NCBI GenBank assembly: GCA_051294375.1
Contig: CM119265.1
Span: forward strand, 20,680,221-20,744,220
Length of the DNA: 64,000 bases
Reading direction: 5' to 3'
DNA from: Paraspadella gotoi
Taxonomy: Eukaryota > Animalia > Chaetognatha
The position numbers were made by a program, and so were the translations under genes. How positions within the stretch are numbered: position 1 is the first letter of the stretch; every line of letters begins with the position of its first letter. This document shows positions 56,009 through 64,000 of the stretch, piece by piece. Below the pieces are notes generated by a model, which was not told the origin of the DNA, ran no database searches, and saw only the letters and a list, made by a program, of their open reading frames with translations.

Positions 56009-57177
56009 ATCCTCTTCACAAAGACTCGTTTCTCTTTTTTCTTTCAGTTTTTTGCCGAATTTCTAGACAAAAAAAATGGCTAGACCTCTTTCAAGATGTT
56101 TTAAAAAGAAAACAAACAGATGAGATGGAATTTTTCTTATTTTTCTTTTTTTTTTTGTGTTGTTAAAAAATTTTGTTTCACACTTTATTCCCGTTGAGCG
56201 AGAGAACTGGCGAAAGCGAAAGGGGTTTGAGAGAGGGAAATCAAAAAGGGGGGGCTTTTCGTGATGGAAAGATCCACAACTCGCGGGGAAATCGAGGAAA
56301 ATATGCAAAGATCCGGAAAGATTCGAAATTATTGGAAAAACGAGGGAGTGATGGAGATAATATATTCCAATTATAGACAATAGACAGTTGTCAGTGTAAT
56401 CGGCAGCCTGAACATATGGAGCGTGAATAAATACAGCTTTTTTGAACTAAAGTAAATACCTATTATCTAACCTTGATCTACCTAAGTTTTTATCTTGTCA
56501 AGGGATGACGGCCTTGACCCGATACCCGAAATCATAAGCAAGTTTGTTTATAAATTAATGAGTAATTTTTATATTAGTTTGTAGTACTTTTCTGTAAACT
56601 CAACGTGAATTACATGTATCTTAAACGATTTTAATTTCACGCTAAATGATTTAAAAATTAAAATGCTTGTTTTTTTGTTTTTTTTTATCTTTTTTTTAAT
56701 CACGAGTTTTTCCCGCATGAAAGTCGCGCCCAAGGTGGCAAATAAATTCTTGAAGGTCACCCCAAAGGAAAACGCCGATGCTGATCGAGGGAATATTTTC
56801 TCTCGAAAAAGTCGACGATTCCACGAACGTAGAAAAGTCATTTCAAACTTCCCCCATTTAGAATCGAGCGCCGAAGAGATTTTTTTTTTCCGGAATGTGA
56901 TTAAATGATTATATTAATGATTATTATCACTCTATGTCCATCAATATTAACGATTTTCGATGGCATGAAATCGTGACAATTAACCGAAAGCTTAGATCCT
57001 CTTTTCCCGCTATCCAAATTTGATGAAAAACCATTTTACCCCTGAAAAAGATACAAGACTGAGGATATGGGCGACTCTCTAGAAATTTCAATCTCTCCCC
57101 TGTTTCTCTTTCCAGGCAATGAATCTGAGTCAGAAAATCTGGAAAAACTCCTGGGATTTTTGGGACCTTCCATACTC

Positions 57178-58339
57178 TTTTCATTGTTTTTTTCGCTACG
57201 CAATTATTTGCCCATTTAACTCGAGGCGTAAAGCGGCGCAACCTCCTTTCTTAGTCCCCCCTCTTTTTCACTCTATTTTTTGGCATTTTTTCCCTTTTTC
57301 TCTCTTTTTTTTCTCCCTTCCTTCGCCCACCCCTTCCTTACCCCTCTCTCCTCCCTATCCCCTTCCATCTCCCTCGAGTCTCACCGTCTCTCCCCTCAGA
57401 TCTGCTTTCGCATCGCGTTATCCTCACAAATTCTTTCCTCTTCTCCTGTTTGTTCTTAAATTCTTCTTATCTGGCGAAATTTCGGGTCCAGCGTCGCTGA
57501 AAAAAAAAATAAAGAATCGCGCTTTCGGTCTCTTTACTCCCTTTATATCTTTGTCTCCTTCTGCTTCTTCTTTTTTTTTTCATTTTCTCCTTTCTCTCTT
57601 TAGTTTTCTCCTTCTCGCTACTTATTATCCTCACGCTTCCTTACCGTTGTGTTTTTTTTTAATTAGTAACGTTGTACTTTCTTTTCTTTCGTCTCTTCTA
57701 TTTTTTCCGTCTCCTTCTCTCCGCCTCATATTCTCCCTCTCCTGCTTTGTTCTCCTCCTTATTTTGGTCGTCTCCTTCCCGCGGCGCATCACTTCTGTTT
57801 ACGGCTGCATTCCGAGTCTTTTATAATTCACAGAGCGAGAGAGGAGATGGCGCGAGTGAATCTCGTGTCACGACGACAGTGAGAATGAAATTCGGTGATT
57901 GGATCAACTCGTTTGTTGCGGTTTGGTGAGGCCGGTCGAATTTACTCTAAGGTCAGGTCGTAGCGACGAGAGGCAAATCCCTCACCACGAAAAATTCACA
58001 CGTTGCGTTTACAGTAAGGCACGCCTCTGGGCAGGGGGCAAAACAATTTGCAAAAGACTCAGTTTATTATTATCCTTAGTCTTTATTTCACAATAACATT
58101 TAATCTTCTGAAAGACATCCTGGAAGACATTCTAAGGAAGAATGATAGACATTCTGTTAATGAACTGTTAAACTAGCTACTTTTAAAGTTTGTAACTTTA
58201 AACTAGATAGTGTTAAAGTACATACATTTGTATGTTATACATAATTCAGATATGTTCGCTCGATAACAATTCATAATTTTCATTAAAATTAGATGTATAT
58301 GTATACTGAATATACTTTTCATATTTATCTAATTAAATA

Positions 58340-58411
<72 letters not shown>

Positions 58412-58520
58412 TCAGTTGAATTTCAACACTCGGTCCAAGGTGGGAGTTGGTTCTTCAAGTTTGCATTTGCTAAGCCTCGCCCCCCAGACGAAAGCGGAGC
58501 AAACCAGAGATGTTTTTTCT
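57178..58520. repeat. Segmental duplicate of 52738-54710 carrying the empty MITE site
   Basis: Collinear near-identity apart from the 614-bp element plus one TSD copy. Confidence 0.92.
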
Positions 58521-59224
58521 NNNNNNNNNNNNNNNNNNNNNNNNNCCACCTTTTCAAAAAAAAAAGGTTGCTTCTTCTTTTTTTTGAAAGAAGAAGTACA
58601 ATATAAAACATAAAACCTACAAAATAGGCGCCATGAAGCCGAAGAAAAACTATTAATCAACGAAAGCACAACCAAAATAGAAGAGGAAAAGGTGGGGGTA
58701 GCGAACATAACACAGAAAAAAATACATCACCGAAAGAGAAAGAATGATCAAGATAAATAAATTTAACTCAAAAAAGTATGGTCGGGAAGAGAACGAGACA
58801 GAGGAAGATAAGACAATCAAGTACATAATAAATAAAGAGGAAAAGAGCTATAGCAACGAGTATAAAAACCAATCAAAAAAGAAGACAAAACGAAAAGATA
58901 ATCGGAAAGAGAGAGAAAAGAAAGAAGAAAAAGAAAAAAAAGACAAGAGACTCACAATAAATGTCATCAAAGATCAATAATAGATAGGGGGAAGACATAA
59001 CCATAAACTAATCAAGAGAAGAAAAAAGAAAAGAGAAGAGAGAGGAGGGAGGAAGAAAGAGGAGGGATAAGTAAGATAAATCTGTATAAGCAGGAAAAAG
59101 ATTTAAAAAAGAGAATAAAGAAAATGCAGGAAAGAGAAAGAGAAAAAAGATAAAAACAGAGAAGACAGGGATAACGAAAGAAAAGAATATGTCTAATTAT
59201 AATTTTATCTTTTTTTTTAAAACG

Positions 59225-59272
59225 AGGAAAGGGAAATTCGGCGTTCTTTACCGGCCCCCTCGCCGCATACCG

Positions 59273-59337
<65 letters not shown>

Positions 59338-61168
59338 CATTTTATTCTTTTATTTTTTTAAAAGTTTGTTTGAAGGGGCCCCCGAATTTGTTAGTTTTTT
59401 ATTTTAGTTATTTTATTTTTAGAATGCCGGCCCCGCAATGTTTTTTTTTTTTAAAGAAATCTGAAGGTGGGAGGAGGGGGGTAGAGAGGGTAGAGTGTAA
59501 AAAAAAAAAAAAAAACTGGCGTAAAGATGATGGATAAAAAAAAAATTCATGAAAACAGAGGACGAGAAAGGAAAGTGTTTGTTTGGGCGGTTTTTATTTA
59601 AAAAATAAAAAAAAATAGGCAGAAAACGATATTACTGTTAATTCCACCGCAGTTATTATTATTAATTTTCATTTTGAAGAAATGCCCGGGTAATGTTTTT
59701 ATAATTTGAGGTCGATTGACACTGATAGTTTTATGCCGTAAAAACGATATGTGGCGAGGTCTTTTCTCTTTCACCAATTTCGCTAAAGTGAATTTTTTTT
59801 TTAAAGGTTTTTAACGGCGTCGAGAAGTTAGAGGTTCGCTAAACTTTTTTATTTTGGAATTCAGCGAGAGAGAGAGAGAGAGAGACGAGAGAGAGAGAGA
59901 GTAGATAGAGAGAGAGGGAGAGAGAGAAGAGAGAGAGAAGAGAGAGAGAGAAGAGAGAAGGCTAGAACGGCTGAGATTCTTTCTCTCACCAAAGAAGATT
60001 TTAAATTACATAGAGGAGAGAATTCAGCCCATTCGAAAAAAAGGACTTTGTTCAAGAATAGGAAAAAAAGGGATTAACTTCAATATTCTAAGACCGAAGT
60101 TAGAAAATTTAACAAGAAAAAAAAAAGAAGGCGACGAAAATGATCATAAAAATCTGACGAGACGATGAGTTGAGAGATGACGATTCGAAAAAAAAGCTTG
60201 AAGCACCGAGAATGAAAGATGAGATGAGAAATTAAAAATTCGATTTGACGAGAGCTAAGAATTCCGGACGAAAGATGGGAAACGCTGTCGCGTCTACGCT
60301 GAAAGAGCTCTTCAGTCGCGTTCGGCACGGAAGCGTGATCCCCGGAGACCTTGACGAGGACAGCGTTCGACGACGATCAACGATGATCGTCGACGACAAA
60401 AAAATCCCGACTAAAATGACGCGCTCAAAAGGCCTTTAATGACCCAATAAGAGGTGTAAAAGATAAGTCGAAATCTTCATGGAGTCCCGATCGATGAAGC
60501 GCCTTTGTTCGTCCGGTTGAAAGACGACGATGACGATTGCGAAGACGATAAACGACGATGATGAAGGAAGACGAGTTGACGTCGCATGACGCAATGAGGA
60601 CGAAGGCGAGACGACGACAATAACGACCATTATCGTATCTTGCGTCGCGGATGGAAAAACCGGGAAATAAGCGAAAATCTTTCGCGTCCTGTTTATTGAC
60701 GAGCGAGGGTCGTTACGCGCAAAACGGACGGAAGACGACGCGGAGCGACGACAAAGAAGACGACGTTAACGAGATCTGTAACCCGTTCGCCTAAAAGCAG
60801 ACGACGACGACGAACGAAACAACAACAAAAAACGGCGTCATTTTTAAAAAAAGAATTTTTAGTTAGAAAAAAAAAAAAAAAAAAAAAAAAAAAAACAAAA
60901 AGAAAAAAAAACGGATTTTTTTTTTTGTGTGAATATCACGAATTTTCAATTCCCCTCCAGTCTCTCTCTCTCTCCTCTCTCTCTCTCTCCTAATTACTCC
61001 CCCCCCCCCTCTCTCTCTCTCTTCTCTCTGATGCCCCATGAGGACGGGAGAAGAAAGTTCCACCGAAAAAAAACTGCAGTCCTCTTGTGATACGGAAATA
61101 TACGGAGGAGAGGAGAAGAGCAGAGAGGAGGAGGAGTTGGAGGTTTGAAGAAGAGACGAGAGCAGAGA

Positions 61169-61200
<32 letters not shown>

Positions 61201-62714
61201 TGAGTTGAGGATGGAGATGGAGAGAGAAGGAGAGAGAGAGAGAGAGAGAGAGAGGAGCGAGAGGCATACTTGGGCAGCTCTGAGGGACCGAGGAAAATAG
61301 AAGGTGTACAAATTGATACCAAGACGTGTGAGATGACACAGGCGTTAGCGACGACGACGACGACTGTTAAGTAACCCACGCATTAGCGACGTTGACGGCC
61401 CCGCATGGCTTCGGTTTAAATAGCCAAATAAAAAAACATTATTTCGGACAAGAGGCTCGTGCGGCTTGATTCAAAGAAAAATTAAAAAGAAAAAGAAGAG
61501 TTGGAAGCTCGAAGGAAAAAAAAAAAAAGCTGAGGAAAAACATAGGGAAACAGAAAAAAAAAACAATGGAAAAGACAAGAAAAGAAAGTGAATTAAGTGA
61601 AAAAAACAAATTTAATCATGATTAAGGAAAATCGTAATAGGAAAGTAGTACACTAAAATAAATAAAATTAAATCCATTATTAATCAATATTCAGGAATAA
61701 TTCGGCTCTTAATATTTTATTCTCCTTTCTATTTTTTTTCATATTCTTTTAATTTTACCTTTTTTTTCTTTTTAAAGTAATCTTCTCGTCATTTCCTCTT
61801 TTTCCTCTCTTCTCTTGCCTCTCCCTTTTCTTTATGTCAATCTCCAATTCGCTTTTTGTTCCCAGATCACCCCACGGCACCGGCTCCCGATTCTGTCCCC
61901 TCGTCCTAGTCGTCGTGCCTCATCCGCTAATAATAATTAAATTGACGCCATTTCATTTCACTCTCGCATCCGCGACGATCGAGCGATAGACCAGACGGGT
62001 CCTCGTCACGAGTCAACTTCGAACGTGTTAACGGGGAGGGAAATCCCGCTTGTGACTTCGAGCGGCGGACGCGAAAGGCGAATACATTGAGGTAAATAAT
62101 CACGAGCAAGATTTAAAAAGTTAAGAAAAGGTTATGACATGGTGAGATATCTTGAATTGAGTAATAAATGTGCGAAAAATAGTAAATTACTTACGACATT
62201 GGAAAGTATTTGAAAAGAGTAAAGCGATGGAAAAAAGCGATTGAAAGATCAGAGAGAGCGATAGACATTAAAGTTGAAGAGCGATGAATGATTCGTTTGA
62301 GAAGGTTTTTCTCATGAGGTTGAAATTACGATGGGTTTACGATACGCGCGTGCGAGGAGAGAGAGAGAGGAGGAGAGACAGGAAGGAGAGAGAGAGAGAG
62401 AAGAGAGAGAGAAAGAAGAGAGAGAGAGAGAGAGAGAATGTATGCAGTGTAGGGGATAGTATGAAGGTAAGAAATTCAATAGAAGAAAAAAGCGTTTTTT
62501 TCGAATATACAAAAAATACATAGAAAAGATTTATAGCGAAAAAGAAAGATTGAAAGAAATTACATATGGGAATTTGATCAAGGGTTAGAGTTATCTATCT
62601 TTGATTGGAATAGAGAATCAGTAAATCATCTGAGTCAGAAGCAAAGGATCTAGATCCAAAATTTGGTTTTTTGGTATTTCTCTTTACGTTTGTCATTCTC
62701 TCTCTCTCTTCTCT

Positions 62715-62770
<56 letters not shown>

Positions 62771-63594
62771 AGTGAATTATTTCCGTGGTCGTCAATTCGA
62801 ACATCTTATATCTGAGTCATAACAACTTTTGCTTCCGAAAGATGATCAATAGCAAGTTTCGTTTTACCCCAGATTTTTTTCTCCGTCCGTGACGAAGTCA
62901 CGAATGTCCAATCCAGGATTCATTCAATTCATAATGTAAATTTGGTTTTTAAGTCTGAGAATTTAACTCAGCTTTTTTCCTCTCACCTTTTCTCACCCTC
63001 GAAGCGACTCGGGAACTATGTGCTAAAATATACGACTTTACATGATTATTCAGACTTTTTATCATATATAAAGTTCGTCAGAGCAGCTGTCGGAAGATTC
63101 TTCACTTTTGACCGCGCCGAATCCGCTGGGATTTTCGCCGACCGGCTGTCGCCTGTCGGCCGTTCGGCTGTCAGCCCGAAATCTTCTGTCGGTTTTTCCG
63201 AAACGAATTTCTTGACGAAGTTTCGAATCGACATAATCCGATCTCTTTTGCCCCGATGAAAAAACATCATGGGAAATGCGGGCTTTTGTTCTGAACAGAG
63301 GGTGTTGAGTCCAGAGTCCAGAGTTGGAAAGAGAAATACAGATTTTGGCTTCTTTGATCAACGCGTATGTTTCCAATGGCATGTGAAACTTCACAATGAT
63401 CGACGGTTTAAGCTTGGTAAAGATTTTCCGAAGATTCTCTCTCTCTTCTTTCGTCACATTTCGCCTTTCTTTTAATACTACGTCCATTCTAATCTCTTTC
63501 CACTGCAAAACCTCATGATCTGTCTGCTTTAAGAACGGAGAGGAGGAGAGAGAGAGAAATAAGAAGAGGAGAGAGAAAGAGAGAAGAGAGAGAT

Positions 63595-63630
<36 letters not shown>

Positions 63631-63908
63631 GAGTGAGAGAGAGAAATGTGTATATAGACGAGCGTGCCCTTTTCAACTACGAATCAGATAACAAAACGAG
63701 TTTAAATACAAATAAAGATGTTGAAAAGATGGTATGTTGTAAATAAAAAATAGAAGCTTGCTTATTCTACATTCAGCGCGAACAAGCTATTCAAGATTTC
63801 CCTCACAATTCATGTATGAGTTTCAAAATCTCCATGCGTTTTTCCAAAAAAGGTTAAATTAATTTCCTCTTTCTCGCGGTTTCAAGTTCACGTCAGCGAC
63901 TAGACAGG

Positions 63909-63992
<84 letters not shown>

Positions 63993-64000
63993 GTCTGACC
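59225..64000. repeat. Segmental duplicate, copy 2 of 36945-43130 and 47570-48960
   Basis: Same ordered unique strings; lacks the 39870-41090 block and has 60675-61020 inverted relative to 38200-38541. Confidence 0.9.
63062..63525 (-). CDS. Possible terminal exon of an unidentified gene
   Basis: Non-repetitive open frame of about 150 codons after a (CT)n tract and CAG acceptor (TDHEVLQWKEIRMDVVLKERRNVTKEERENLRKIFTKLKPSII...SDSCSDELYI*); degraded copies at ~41.9-42.5 and ~48.2-48.6 kb; no recognisable domain. Confidence 0.3.

Noticed and set aside
57119-57826. 235-aa hydrophobic ORF
   Set aside because: Pyrimidine-rich low complexity; the frame is not conserved in the duplicate at 52.7-53.4 kb.

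Overview
Eukaryotic (metazoan, invertebrate-like) genomic DNA with GT-AG introns, abundant (GA)n/(CT)n microsatellites, N gaps and patches of indel-rich low-quality sequence. The left half (1-30.5 kb) holds three genes. (1) A 5'-truncated, intron-rich plus-strand gene encoding repeated Ig-Ig pairs plus one EGF domain. (2) A complete 3-exon prosaposin-like gene (SapA + 5 SapB) nested antisense inside an intron of that Ig gene. (3) A complete minus-strand hemicentin (VWA, 30 Ig, 6 TSP1, G2F, 9 cbEGF, fibulin-C; about 4,400 aa). The first ~1,050 codons of hemicentin lie on 14 short CpG-rich exons, while the last ~3,370 codons sit in two giant exons (4.0 and 6.1 kb) whose interiors are strongly CpG-depleted. 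The right half (30.5-64 kb) is mostly non-coding and internally duplicated; many copies look like noisy or haplotype-level assembly duplicates. It contains Helentron-associated (HINE/DINE-1-like) elements, a hAT-like fold-back MITE whose empty site is also in the window, and fragments of possible further genes. No prokaryotic features, CRISPR arrays, rRNA or tRNA were recognised. Exon boundaries were read by eye and no database search was run.
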